A DNA stretch of 48,605 nt from an uncultured Burkholderiales bacterium (GCA_903923345.1 CAIXXI010000084.1:1-48605), one strand, 5' to 3'. Shown: positions 27,786 to 36,475, counted from the first letter of the stretch. Translations and numbers: made by a program. The notes: generated by a model from the letters alone, not told the origin.

Positions 27786-28346
27786 TCAATCGACATTGGC
27801 CAGATCGACCTGCCGCAAGGCCAGGTCGATCAGAACCTGCTGACAGGCAATCTGCTCGGCGCCGATCGAGAACACGGTTGCGGGCGGCAGTTCGATGAAG
27901 GCATCGGTTTCGCTGCCCTCGACAACCAGGCGCATGCCGGCGCGTCGGGCGATTGTGCGCATCGGCTGATTTTCAGACAGGCAGTGCATGAAGAGCTCGA
28001 CCACCCCCCGGTTGCGGGCGTACAGGACTGCGCGTTCGAACATCGCCGATGCGATGCCTTGATGCCGAGCTTGAGGCAGCACCGACAGGCCCAGTTCGAC
28101 TGCGCCTCGATACAGCGCGAGGTGAGTGAGGCCAAGCAATTGGTCGCCTGACCGTACGCCGAGAACCGCGTCTGATTCCAGGTCAATGCCGTCAACGTAC
28201 TGGCGCAGCCAGATCCGGTCAGGCGTACGCCCGAAGCGAAGTCGCAGGTCATCAGATGAGAGCCGAGCAAAGTGCTGTTGCATTGCGGCACGATCCGATT
28301 CGCCAAGGAAGTAGGGCAGCTTGGTCTTTTCGATCAGTTTCATCAT
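27786..28346 (-). CDS. GNAT family N-acetyltransferase
   Basis: The acetyl-CoA binding region is LSVLPQARHQGIASAMFERAVLYARNRG (Q/R-x-x-G-x-A/G type). 186 aa counted from ATG 28346. Confidence 0.75.
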   Translation of the reverse strand: MMKLIEKTKLPYFLGESDRAAMQQHFARLSSDDLRLRFGRTPDRIWLRQYVDGIDLESDAVLGVRSGDQLLGLTHLALYRGAVELGLSVLPQARHQGIASAMFERAVLYARNRGVVELFMHCLSENQPMRTIARRAGMRLVVEGSETDAFIELPPATVFSIGAEQIACQQVLIDLALRQVDLANVD

Positions 28347-28469
28347 GAACACCCCCCAAAGGGGCAGGGTACCTGTTTGAAGAACTGTTTGTTGCACTGC
28401 AGCATGACTGTGAATCGATTCGGGTCCTGTTTGGGTCCGGGCGGTGCGCCAGGATCACTTGCCTTGTGC

Positions 28470-29660
28470 TCAAGCCGCGAGCTTCAGAACTTCAATGACC
28501 TCTGCCACTTGGGTCAAGGGCCTGGGGTTATTGCGCAGGTTGACGTACTCGAGCGCACGCACGGCAATTTCATCGAACTGCTCAGGGCCAATGCCGACCT
28601 CCCGCAGGGTGCCGGGCAGATTCAGAGATCGAACCAAACGGGCGACCAGATCGGCTGCCGGGATGTCAGGGTGCCCACTGGCGTCCGACAATGCCTGCTG
28701 GCGGCTGGCATTCACCGCAGCATTCCAGCGCAACACCGCCGGCAGCATCACACAGGAGGTATGGCCGTGGGCGATGCCGAAGGTCGCGCCCAGGGCATAG
28801 CCGATACCGTGGCTGGCACCCACCCGGGCACCCGCGGCCGACCCGGCGATCGCCTGCCACATGCCGAACTGAGCCTGCAGTCGGGCATGCAGGTCGGTTG
28901 GATCGGCCGCAATCCGCGGCAATGACTGGGCAAGCAGACGCCAGCCCTGCAGGGAGTGCGCCTCGGTGGCCGGGTTGGCCATCGGAGAGCAGAAGGACTC
29001 GACCGCATGGTCGACTGCACGGATCGCCGTGTTGAAGAGCAGATCGAGCGGTGTATCGAGTGTGGCGGCCGGATCGAGAATGACACTGACAGGCACCATC
29101 AGGCGGTGGCTGTAAGACTGCTTCGTGTGGGTGACGGACTCGGTGACCCCGGCATTCGGAGTGAACTCGGAGGCGGAGAGTGTCGTGGAGACGGCGATCA
29201 TGCGTGTCGCACCGACCGGTGCCTGAATGCGCCGTGTGAGTTCCCCGGTGAGCTGGTTGCGATAGGGCTCCATCGATTCGGGGCTATCGAGGTTCATCCA
29301 GAGCGCCATCAGCATCGCTTTCGTTGCATCGATGACCGAACCACCGCCCACGGCAACCAGCAGGTCGGCACCCGCTGACCGGGCAGCGCGCGCGCCTTCG
29401 ATCACATCTTCCCTCGGGCTGTGCGCACTGATGCGTGCGAAGCTGCCGCAATGGAGATCGCCCAGAGCGTGCTCGATGCGCTGCAGCGGACCGTTCTGCA
29501 GGCGCCCGAGTGATCGACCAGAGGTGAGAAAGACCCGTTTTGCGCCAAGGCGCTCGACTTCATCGCACACCGCCCTCTCGGCGGCCAAGCCAAAGAGCAC
29601 CTGCTCCTGGGACTGGATGATGTAGGTGCCGCTGGGCAGTGAAGGGCGTTCAGAACTCAT
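28470..29660 (-). CDS. Iron-containing alcohol dehydrogenase family protein (maleylacetate-reductase-like)
   Basis: LLVAVGGGSVIDATKAM is the GGGS nucleotide motif. Metal His residues lie in HAVESF and GASHGIGYALG..HGHTSCV. 396 aa. Confidence 0.85.
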   Translation of the reverse strand: MSSERPSLPSGTYIIQSQEQVLFGLAAERAVCDEVERLGAKRVFLTSGRSLGRLQNGPLQRIEHALGDLHCGSFARISAHSPREDVIEGARAARSAGADLLVAVGGGSVIDATKAMLMALWMNLDSPESMEPYRNQLTGELTRRIQAPVGATRMIAVSTTLSASEFTPNAGVTESVTHTKQSYSHRLMVPVSVILDPAATLDTPLDLLFNTAIRAVDHAVESFCSPMANPATEAHSLQGWRLLAQSLPRIAADPTDLHARLQAQFGMWQAIAGSAAGARVGASHGIGYALGATFGIAHGHTSCVMLPAVLRWNAAVNASRQQALSDASGHPDIPAADLVARLVRSLNLPGTLREVGIGPEQFDEIAVRALEYVNLRNNPRPLTQVAEVIEVLKLAA

Positions 29661-29750
29661 GTCGATTTCCGGTGGCGTGAATGCGTGGGAGAGGGTCAGG
29701 GCAGATTACACGGCCTGGCTCGATGCAGGGGCCTTGCAACTCGGTCTTGA

Positions 29751-29774
29751 TGCCTAAGCCTCGAGTCTTAGGCA
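29751..29774. promoter_or_regulatory. 24-bp near-perfect palindrome (candidate operator) in a divergent promoter region
   Basis: TGCCTAAG-CCTCGAGT-CTTAGGCA matches its own reverse complement at 22 of 24 positions. A third related half-site, CCTTAGG, lies at 29792-29798. The palindrome is 91 bp upstream of the Fe-ADH start and 77 bp upstream of the acyl-CoA synthetase start. Confidence 0.4.
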
Positions 29775-29850
29775 GGTCGATCGCAAACGAGCCTTAGGGC
29801 GGGTAATCTCTGTCGTCCAAGCCTTGCATTCACACACCCGCGAGCCATCT

Positions 29851-31533
29851 ATGCCGACCCATCCCAACCCCTATCGACAAGGCCTCGATCGCAATCCGGC
29901 TAACCATGTCCCATTGACACCGTTGTCGCTGCTGGACTGGGCGGCCGATGTCTATCCCGAGCGCTGTGCCGTCATTCACGGCAAGCTGAGGATGTCCTGG
30001 GCGCAATTGAGGTCACGCTCGCGCAGGCTTGCTGCGAGCCTCGCTGGGTTGGATATCGGCGATGGCGATACTGTTGCAGTCATGCTGCCCAATACGCCTC
30101 CGATGATCGAGGCGCACTACGGTGTGCCCATGTCAGGGGCGGTGCTTCACTGCATCAACACGCGGCTGGATGCGGCGACGGTGGCCTTTGTGCTGGAGCA
30201 CTCGGACAGCAAAGTGCTGATCGTTGATCGTGAGTTTTCGATCACGGCCCGAGACGCAATCGAAAATCTGAAGGCGGCTGGCAAGCGCGTGCCTCAGATC
30301 ATTGATGTCGATGATCCCGAGTTCGAGGGTCCGGGTGAGCGCCTCGGTTCAACTGACTATGAAGCGTTGTTGGCCGGTGGTGATCCTTCTTTTGAACCGC
30401 GCATGCCAGCAGATGAATGGGATGCGATTGGTCTGAATTACACCTCGGGCACCACCGGCAACCCGAAGGGCGTGGTGGTCCACCATCGCGGCGCCTACCT
30501 CAATGCGGTCGGCAATGTGCTGGCGTGGAGCTTGCCGCGACATCCCACCTACCTGTGGACACTGCCCATGTTCCACTGCAATGGATGGTGTTTTCCCTGG
30601 ACGCTTGCGGCTGTCGCCGGTACCAATGTGTGTCTCAGAAGGGTCGATCCGGAGCTGATCTTCTCGCTGATTCGGGAGCATCGGGTGAGTCACTATTGCG
30701 GCGCACCCATCGTGCATTCCATGCTGATTTCTGCCCCGGCATCATTGCGTGCAGGTATCGACTGGCCTGTAAAGGCCATGGTTGCGGGTGCTGCACCACC
30801 GGCAGCCATGATCGAGGGGATGGCTCGGCTCGGCTTCGATGTAACCCATGTGTACGGATTGACCGAGGTCTATGGCCCGGCGGCCGCCTGCGCCAAGCAT
30901 GAGCATTGGGCGTCATTGCCGCTGGCCGAGCAGGTCGAACTCAATGGCCGTCAGGGCATGCGTTATCAGCTTCAGCAGGGCTGTACCGTGGTCGACCCCC
31001 AGACCCTGCTTGAAGTGCCCCGAGATGGCGAAACCATGGGCGAAGTGGTGTTCCGCGGCAATGTGGTGATGAAGGGCTATCTCAAGAATCCCGCCGCCAC
31101 CACCGAGGCCTTCGCGGGTGGATGGTTCCATACCGGCGACCTAGGCGTGCTCCACGCTGATGGCTACGTGAAACTCAAGGACCGCGCCAAGGACATCATC
31201 ATTTCGGGAGGAGAGAACATCTCGTCCATCGAGGTGGAAGACGCGCTCTACAAGCATCCGGCCGTGATGGCGGCGGCTGTGGTCGCCCGACCCGATGAGA
31301 AATGGGGCGAAACACCGATAGCCTTTGTGGAGCTGCGCGTGGATCATCGGCCTGCCGATGCTGCGGCTGAGGCGGCGCTGGCGCAGGTCATCATGGAGCA
31401 CTGCCGAGCGCATCTTGCGCGCTTCAAGTGTCCGCGCGAGGTGCGGTTTACCGAGCTGCCCAAGACCTCCACGGGCAAGATTCAGAAACACCTGTTGCGG
31501 GCAGAGCTGAAGTCGGCGAGTGCGATCGGTTGA
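29851..31533 (+). CDS. AMP-forming acyl-CoA synthetase (ANL superfamily)
   Basis: A3 motif is NYTSGTTGNPKGVV, A5 is YGLTE, A8 is GWFHTGDLG..DGYVKLKDRAKDIIISGGENI, and A10 is LPKTSTGKIQKH. Start taken at ATG 29851. Confidence 0.9.
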   Translation: MPTHPNPYRQGLDRNPANHVPLTPLSLLDWAADVYPERCAVIHGKLRMSWAQLRSRSRRLAASLAGLDIGDGDTVAVMLPNTPPMIEAHYGVPMSGAVLHCINTRLDAATVAFVLEHSDSKVLIVDREFSITARDAIENLKAAGKRVPQIIDVDDPEFEGPGERLGSTDYEALLAGGDPSFEPRMPADEWDAIGLNYTSGTTGNPKGVVVHHRGAYLNAVGNVLAWSLPRHPTYLWTLPMFHCNGWCFPWTLAAVAGTNVCLRRVDPELIFSLIREHRVSHYCGAPIVHSMLISAPASLRAGIDWPVKAMVAGAAPPAAMIEGMARLGFDVTHVYGLTEVYGPAAACAKHEHWASLPLAEQVELNGRQGMRYQLQQGCTVVDPQTLLEVPRDGETMGEVVFRGNVVMKGYLKNPAATTEAFAGGWFHTGDLGVLHADGYVKLKDRAKDIIISGGENISSIEVEDALYKHPAVMAAAVVARPDEKWGETPIAFVELRVDHRPADAAAEAALAQVIMEHCRAHLARFKCPREVRFTELPKTSTGKIQKHLLRAELKSASAIG

Positions 31534-31578
31534 TGGACGTACTTGATCCTCTGATGCAATGCAGGGCAGGAGACCAAC

Positions 31579-32379
31579 ATGAACCAGACTGACAAGCCTT
31601 CGGATCAACATGACGCTGCTGCGGTGCTGGGCACTGTAGCTGGGTGGGTGAATGAGGCCCAGCGGATTGTGGTGCTCACCGGTGCCGGCATTTCAACCGA
31701 CTCAGGCATCCCGGATTTTCGAGGCCCACAGGGCGTATGGACCCGTAATCCGCAGGCCGAAAAGCAGGCCACCCTTCAGCATTATCTGGCGGATGCGGAA
31801 GTCCGCCGTGCGTCGTGGCAGGCGCGTTTGCATCATCCGGCCTGGAGCGCCACGCCTAATGACGGTCACCGAGCGGTGGTCACCCTTGAGCGTCGCGGCA
31901 AGTTGCACGCGCTCATCACGCAAAACGTCGATGAGCTGCACCAGATCGCCGGAAATTCGCCCGAGAAGGTCATCGAGGTGCACGGCACCATTCGACGAGT
32001 GATGTGTTGGGATTGTCAACGCCGTCAGCCGATGACCGAAGTGCTCGAGCGGGTGCGCGCTGGCGAACTCGACCCTCGATGCGAAGTGTGCAGCGGCATC
32101 ATGAAGAGCGACACGATTTCCTTCGGTCAGGCGCTGGTGCCCGAGGTCATTGAGCGGGCGTTTCAGGTGGCCGAAGAGACTGATCTGCTGATCGCCATCG
32201 GCAGCACGCTGCAGGTGCAGCCGGTGGCGGGTGTGGTGCCCACCGCCCGACGTGCCGGTGCTCGGGTCATCATCATCAATGCCCAGCCGACGGCCTGCGA
32301 TGATCTGGCGCATGCCGTGATGCAGGGCTCGATCGGGCAGTTGTTACCAGCGATTTGTGGGCAGGCTCAGCTGAGCTGA
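31579..32379 (+). CDS. cobB: NAD-dependent protein deacylase, Sir2 family
   Basis: GAGISTDSGIPDFRG, ITQNVDELH, catalytic EVHGT, and a Zn ribbon CWDC...CEVC. An AGGAG RBS lies 7 nt upstream of ATG 31579. Confidence 0.9.
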   Translation: MNQTDKPSDQHDAAAVLGTVAGWVNEAQRIVVLTGAGISTDSGIPDFRGPQGVWTRNPQAEKQATLQHYLADAEVRRASWQARLHHPAWSATPNDGHRAVVTLERRGKLHALITQNVDELHQIAGNSPEKVIEVHGTIRRVMCWDCQRRQPMTEVLERVRAGELDPRCEVCSGIMKSDTISFGQALVPEVIERAFQVAEETDLLIAIGSTLQVQPVAGVVPTARRAGARVIIINAQPTACDDLAHAVMQGSIGQLLPAICGQAQLS

Positions 32380-32394
32380 TTCAGCTGAGCGGAG

Positions 32395-33219
32395 TCAGCC
32401 CGCACCTGATTCGGTCAGGCGCGCGTTCGGCTGCTCATCTTTCAGACGTACACCCGTGCTACCCAGCCTGCGCGCGCCCTGCAACAGACCCGACAGCGTT
32501 CCAGCGGCTTGCATGTAAGACAGGCCTTCAGGGCGGATGTTCGAAATGCAGTTGCGCTCGGCATCTGTGCGACCGACTTGCGGGGACCAGGTGAGGTAAA
32601 TCCCAAGGCTATCGGGTGAACTCAATCCAGGGCGCTCACCCACCAGCAATGCGACGGCGCGGGCGCCCAGCAGCTCGCCGACCTCGTCACCCAAGGCCAC
32701 GCGTGATTGCTCCGCGATGACTACCGGGCCGATCGACCAGTCGGGCAGGCGTTCGCGCGCAGCGATCAGCATCGGCAGAGCATGTCGCGTGATGGCGAGC
32801 GCAGACAAACCGTCGGCCAGCACGAAGATGAGTTCGGGGCGTTCGGGTGTGTCCGGGCGTGCTGCACGGAGCCGTTCACGACTCGATTCGTTGAGTCTGC
32901 GACCGAGGTCGGGCCTGCGCAGATACTGCGCGCGATCAGTGGCCTGACTCTGAGCGTGCAAGGACTCAAAACCCGCCAGCGCCAGTTCCACCGCGAGAGA
33001 GGCTGCATCAAGTGTCGTGTGGACGGCGTCTCGGGCCTGCGCATGTGCCAATGAAAACTCAAGCAGCGCGCCAGTGGGTTGACTGATGCCGCTGCGCCCC
33101 AGCCCGATTCGCGCAGGCGTGAAGGCACGCAGACCCGCCCAGGCATCGGGCAGGGTCGCAGGCACCGTGGCAGCGCCTTGCGGTGTCAGGTCGGTGGGTT
33201 CAGGCGTATCGGTCATCAA
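32395..33219 (-). CDS. eutC: Ethanolamine ammonia-lyase small (light) subunit
   Basis: [42 protein letters not shown] and [13 protein letters not shown] align with the corresponding blocks of E. coli EutC ([42 protein letters not shown]). Confidence 0.9.
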   Translation of the reverse strand: MMTDTPEPTDLTPQGAATVPATLPDAWAGLRAFTPARIGLGRSGISQPTGALLEFSLAHAQARDAVHTTLDAASLAVELALAGFESLHAQSQATDRAQYLRRPDLGRRLNESSRERLRAARPDTPERPELIFVLADGLSALAITRHALPMLIAARERLPDWSIGPVVIAEQSRVALGDEVGELLGARAVALLVGERPGLSSPDSLGIYLTWSPQVGRTDAERNCISNIRPEGLSYMQAAGTLSGLLQGARRLGSTGVRLKDEQPNARLTESGAG

Positions 33220-33259
33220 AGCAGCGGCTACACCAGGAATAAAGGGGCTCGTGTCATCT

Positions 33260-33754
33260 TCAGATCGACTGCATGAGCTTCATTGCACCCAGCAGCAGGG
33301 CCGCCTGCGCGGTCATTGCGCCCAGCATCCAACGCGTGAGGTCAAGTTTGACTCCAGCGATCTCGGTTCGCAGCTGGGCGATCTCAACTCGCACCGCGGC
33401 AATTTCGCTTCGGACTTCCGTTCGCAGTTCAGCGATCTCGGTGCGCACATCAGCAATCTCGGTGCGTACCTCAGCGATCTCGGTGCGCACCTCTGCAATC
33501 TCCGTGCGCAGCTCAGTGCGCACCTCGGCCAGATCGGCGCGCAGCCCGGCCAGTTCGACGCGCACTTGAGACAGCCCCGTCTGACCCTCGCGGCGCACCT
33601 CGTCCAACTCTACGCGTGAGGCATGCTGGGAGGATTGAAGACTGACGCGCTCAGAAATCGAGGCGTCGATGGCGTCCACGATGGCGCGAGCGCGCTGTGC
33701 CGGCACGCCGACCGACAGCAACACTTCCACCAGAGCGAGCGTCAATGAACCCAT
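33260..33754 (-). CDS. DUF1640-like coiled-coil protein with C-terminal TM anchor
   Basis: 164 aa. The central region is a run of heptads ([60 protein letters not shown]). The C-terminal hydrophobic tail is [20 protein letters not shown]. Confidence 0.65.
   Translation of the reverse strand: MGSLTLALVEVLLSVGVPAQRARAIVDAIDASISERVSLQSSQHASRVELDEVRREGQTGLSQVRVELAGLRADLAEVRTELRTEIAEVRTEIAEVRTEIADVRTEIAELRTEVRSEIAAVRVEIAQLRTEIAGVKLDLTRWMLGAMTAQAALLLGAMKLMQSI
33353..33565. repeat. In-frame 21-bp tandem repeat array (about 9 full and 2 partial units) inside the coiled-coil gene
   Basis: Best-conserved units: 33428-33448 TTCAGCGATCTCGGTGCGCAC, 33449-33469 ATCAGCAATCTCGGTGCGTAC, 33470-33490 CTCAGCGATCTCGGTGCGCAC and 33491-33511 CTCTGCAATCTCCGTGCGCAG. 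Degenerate units flank them on both sides, and two 12-nt partial units sit at 33416-33427 and 33512-33523. Confidence 0.9.
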
Positions 33755-33888
33755 GGCGGCAGGTTAACAAGCGTCGGTCCGGCAGGCAATCAGGCTTAGG
33801 TACTAGGGCGAAGGTGGGTGACGCGCGCTCGAACAGCAGCGCATCGCAGCTATGATGAACCATTCGCAATGAGCCAGGAGACTCCGCC

Positions 33889-34890
33889 GTGACCGTCATG
33901 AATCGTCAGATCCAGCTTGCCGCCATTCCGTCAGAAAAACTGGCCCCATCGCATTTCCAACTGGCCGACGTGCCCATGCCCACGCCCGGCGAGGGCGAGT
34001 TGCTCGTCAAGATCCGCATCATTTCGCTGGACGCCGCCAATCGCGCATGGATGCAAGGCGCCACCTATCGTTCTGCACTGGAGGCCGGACAGGTGATGGC
34101 GGGTGGTGCACTCGCAGAGGTCATTGAATCGCGTGCGCCGGGCTTCGCAGTTGGGGATCTTATTTTTGGGGACACCGGCTGGCAGTCGTTCGCGGTCGTG
34201 CAGGCCCGTTCAGTGCAGAAGGTTCAGGCTCGTGAACCCCTCACGCATCTGTTGAGCATCTACGGGGTTGCCGGGCTCACAGCCTATTTCGGTCTGCTCA
34301 ATGTCGGCCAACCCAAGGCCGGCGACACCGTCGTGGTCTCGGCTGCCGCGGGTTCGGTGGGCGCATTCGTCGGCCAGATCGCCAAACTGAAAGGTTGTCG
34401 GGTGGTCGGCATCGCAGGGGGTGCACGCAAGTGCCAATGGCTCAAGGATGAACTCGGTTTTGATGCCGCAATCGACTACAAGGCGGGGGGATTGGCTGCA
34501 GCCCTGAAAGAGGCCGCACCCAAAGGGATTGACGTTTACTTCGACAATGTCGGTGGAGACATTCTTGAAGCGTGCCTGTTTCGAATGAACCAGGGCGGAC
34601 GTATTGCATGCTGTGGTGCAGTGTCACAGTACGATGGCGCACCGCCTCGCCACGGCCCACGCGGCATTCCCGGTCTGATCGTCACCAAGCGGCTGCGCAT
34701 GCAGGGCTTCATCCTGTATGACTTCGCGGCCGAGCGAGACCGTGCGCTCCATGAGCTTGAAGGCTGGGTGAAATCCGGTCAGATCAAGGTGCCCGAAGAC
34801 GTGCTCGAGGGTCTTGAGGCCGCACCCGCAGGCCTGATCGGATTGCTGGCTGGGGAAAATTTCGGCAAACGCATGGTGCGCGTCAGCTGA
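33889..34890 (+). CDS. NADP-dependent oxidoreductase, medium-chain dehydrogenase/reductase family (YncB/CurA/PTGR-like)
   Basis: The nucleotide-binding segment is VVVSAAAGSVGAFVGQIAKLKGCRVVGIAG (AxxGxxG), and the C-terminus ends GENFGKRMVRV, as in this subfamily. The GTG at 33889 has AGGAG 8 nt upstream. Confidence 0.85.
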   Translation: MTVMNRQIQLAAIPSEKLAPSHFQLADVPMPTPGEGELLVKIRIISLDAANRAWMQGATYRSALEAGQVMAGGALAEVIESRAPGFAVGDLIFGDTGWQSFAVVQARSVQKVQAREPLTHLLSIYGVAGLTAYFGLLNVGQPKAGDTVVVSAAAGSVGAFVGQIAKLKGCRVVGIAGGARKCQWLKDELGFDAAIDYKAGGLAAALKEAAPKGIDVYFDNVGGDILEACLFRMNQGGRIACCGAVSQYDGAPPRHGPRGIPGLIVTKRLRMQGFILYDFAAERDRALHELEGWVKSGQIKVPEDVLEGLEAAPAGLIGLLAGENFGKRMVRVS

Positions 34891-36273
34891 TCAGCGCCGC
34901 GCCAGGTCCAACAAGGGATGGTCGGCACGGTGGCGAGGCAGCAGTTGCCCCTCGCTGTCCGTGATCTGCATGCGTTCAAGCCAGGCCTCGAATTCCGGGG
35001 CGCGCTTGAGGCCCAGCACGCGGCGTACATAGAGCGCATCATGAAACGAAGTGCTCTGGTAATTGAGCATGATGTCGTCGGCACCGGGCACGCCCATCAC
35101 GAAATTCACACCCGCCACGCCCAGCATGGTGAGCAATGTGTCCATGTCGTCCTGGTCTGCCTCGGCATGGTTGGTGTAGCAGATATCGCAGCCCATCGGC
35201 ACACCGAGCAGCTTGCCGCAGAAATGGTCCTCCAACCCCGCCCGCACGATCTGCTTGCCATCGTAGAGGTATTCAGGACCGATGAAACCCACCACGGTAT
35301 TCGACAGCAGCGGCGCATACCGCCGCGCGACCGCATAGGCACGCGCCTCGCAGGTCTGCTGATCCAGGCCGTGATGGGCATTGGCCGACAAGGCGCTGCC
35401 CTGGCCGGTTTCGAAGTACATCGCGTTCTGACCCACCGTGCCGCGTTTCAGGGAATGCACTGCATCGGCTGCTTCATCAAGCAGTGCCAACGAAATACCA
35501 AAGCCTTCGTTGGCTTTCTGCGTGCCGGCAATCGACTGAAACACCAGATCGACCGGCGCGCCGAGTTCGATCGCACGAATCGACTGGGTCACATGCGTGA
35601 GCACGCAGCTTTGGGTCGGGATATCGAAGCGCAACCGAATTTCATCGAGAATTTTGAGCAACTCGACGATGCCCGACAGATTGTCGCCAACCGGATTGAT
35701 GCCGATGACCGCATCGCCGCATCCGTACATCAAGCCATCGATCATCGAGGCGACGATGCCCCGCGGATCGTCGGTCGGATGGTTCGGTTGCAGCCTGACC
35801 GACATCCGGCCCGGCAGGCCGATGGTCGACCGGAATGCACTCACCACCCGGCCTTTGCGCGCGGCGACCACCAGATCCTGATTGCGCATCAGCTTGCTGA
35901 CCGCTGCAACCATCTCCGGTGTGAGACCCCATACGACGGATTGCAAAGCGGCTTCATCGCACACATCCGACAACAGCCAATTGCGCAGTTCACCGACAGT
36001 CAGGTGAGCGATCGGCTCGAATGCCGCGGCATCATGCTGGGACAGGATAAGCCGCGACACTTCATCGATCTCAGGCGGGATCAGCGGCTCTTCGAGAAAG
36101 CGGCGCAAAGGCACATCGGCCAGCGCCATGCGTGCTGCGATGCGCTCAGCCTCAGACTGAGCGGCGACGCCGGCCAGTGCGTCGCCCGAGCGCATCGGCC
36201 CGGCTTTGGCGAGCAGCGATTTCAGGTCCGCGAACTGGTGGCGATGAACGCCGATCGATTGCACAAAGGCCAT
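34891..36273 (-). CDS. eutB: Ethanolamine ammonia-lyase large (heavy) subunit
   Basis: From ATG 36273 the N-terminus HQFADLKSLLAKAGPMRSGD parallels E. coli EutB YQFKDVKEVLAKANELRSGD. That gives 460 aa, versus 482 from the track start. Confidence 0.9.
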   Translation of the reverse strand: MAFVQSIGVHRHQFADLKSLLAKAGPMRSGDALAGVAAQSEAERIAARMALADVPLRRFLEEPLIPPEIDEVSRLILSQHDAAAFEPIAHLTVGELRNWLLSDVCDEAALQSVVWGLTPEMVAAVSKLMRNQDLVVAARKGRVVSAFRSTIGLPGRMSVRLQPNHPTDDPRGIVASMIDGLMYGCGDAVIGINPVGDNLSGIVELLKILDEIRLRFDIPTQSCVLTHVTQSIRAIELGAPVDLVFQSIAGTQKANEGFGISLALLDEAADAVHSLKRGTVGQNAMYFETGQGSALSANAHHGLDQQTCEARAYAVARRYAPLLSNTVVGFIGPEYLYDGKQIVRAGLEDHFCGKLLGVPMGCDICYTNHAEADQDDMDTLLTMLGVAGVNFVMGVPGADDIMLNYQSTSFHDALYVRRVLGLKRAPEFEAWLERMQITDSEGQLLPRHRADHPLLDLARR

Positions 36274-36475
36274 GGCACGCACAGGGCGAAACAGACGCAG
36301 CGCGTGCGTGCGTCTGTGGGTGTCGATAGAAACGGTCACCTGATTCTAAGCCTGCCGGCCGATTCGGCTCGGTATACTCGCGCTCGGAATTGGCCGAGGT
36401 TTTGAATGCAAGCGCCCCCGCCGATCATCCGCCCTGTCGCGTGCGCTGTGCCGCCACTTCAAGAGTCCTGATCAG

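Noticed and set aside
27786-28346. The small GNAT, considered as a possible toxin of a GNAT/RHH (TacT-like) toxin-antitoxin pair.
   Set aside because: There is no small upstream or overlapping antitoxin ORF. The 123-bp upstream spacer holds no plausible coding sequence, and the neighbours are metabolic genes (GST, Fe-ADH).
31579-32379. The Sir2-domain protein, considered as a possible anti-phage NADase effector (Thoeris ThsA, DSR or SIR2-HerA type).
   Set aside because: It is small (266 aa) and has the full sirtuin catalytic set plus the CxxC...CxxC zinc ribbon of CobB deacylases. It has no SLOG/TM/HerA-type partner. It sits directly behind an acyl-CoA synthetase, the classic CobB substrate.
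33353-33565. A regular 21-bp repeat array, considered as a possible CRISPR-like or other non-coding repeat locus.
   Set aside because: The units are contiguous with no spacers, in frame, and encode a continuous heptad coiled coil inside a 164-aa ORF. No cas genes are nearby. It is therefore a coding tandem repeat, not CRISPR.
34918-36405. A 495-aa + strand ORF antisense to eutB. The ORFs at 40172-41239 (antisense to argS) and 46279-47436 (antisense to lpoA-like/yraN) are analogous.
   Set aside because: They overlap genes with clear identities (EutB, ArgS, LpoA-like/YraN). Their translations are His/Arg/Gly/Asp-rich with no domain signatures.
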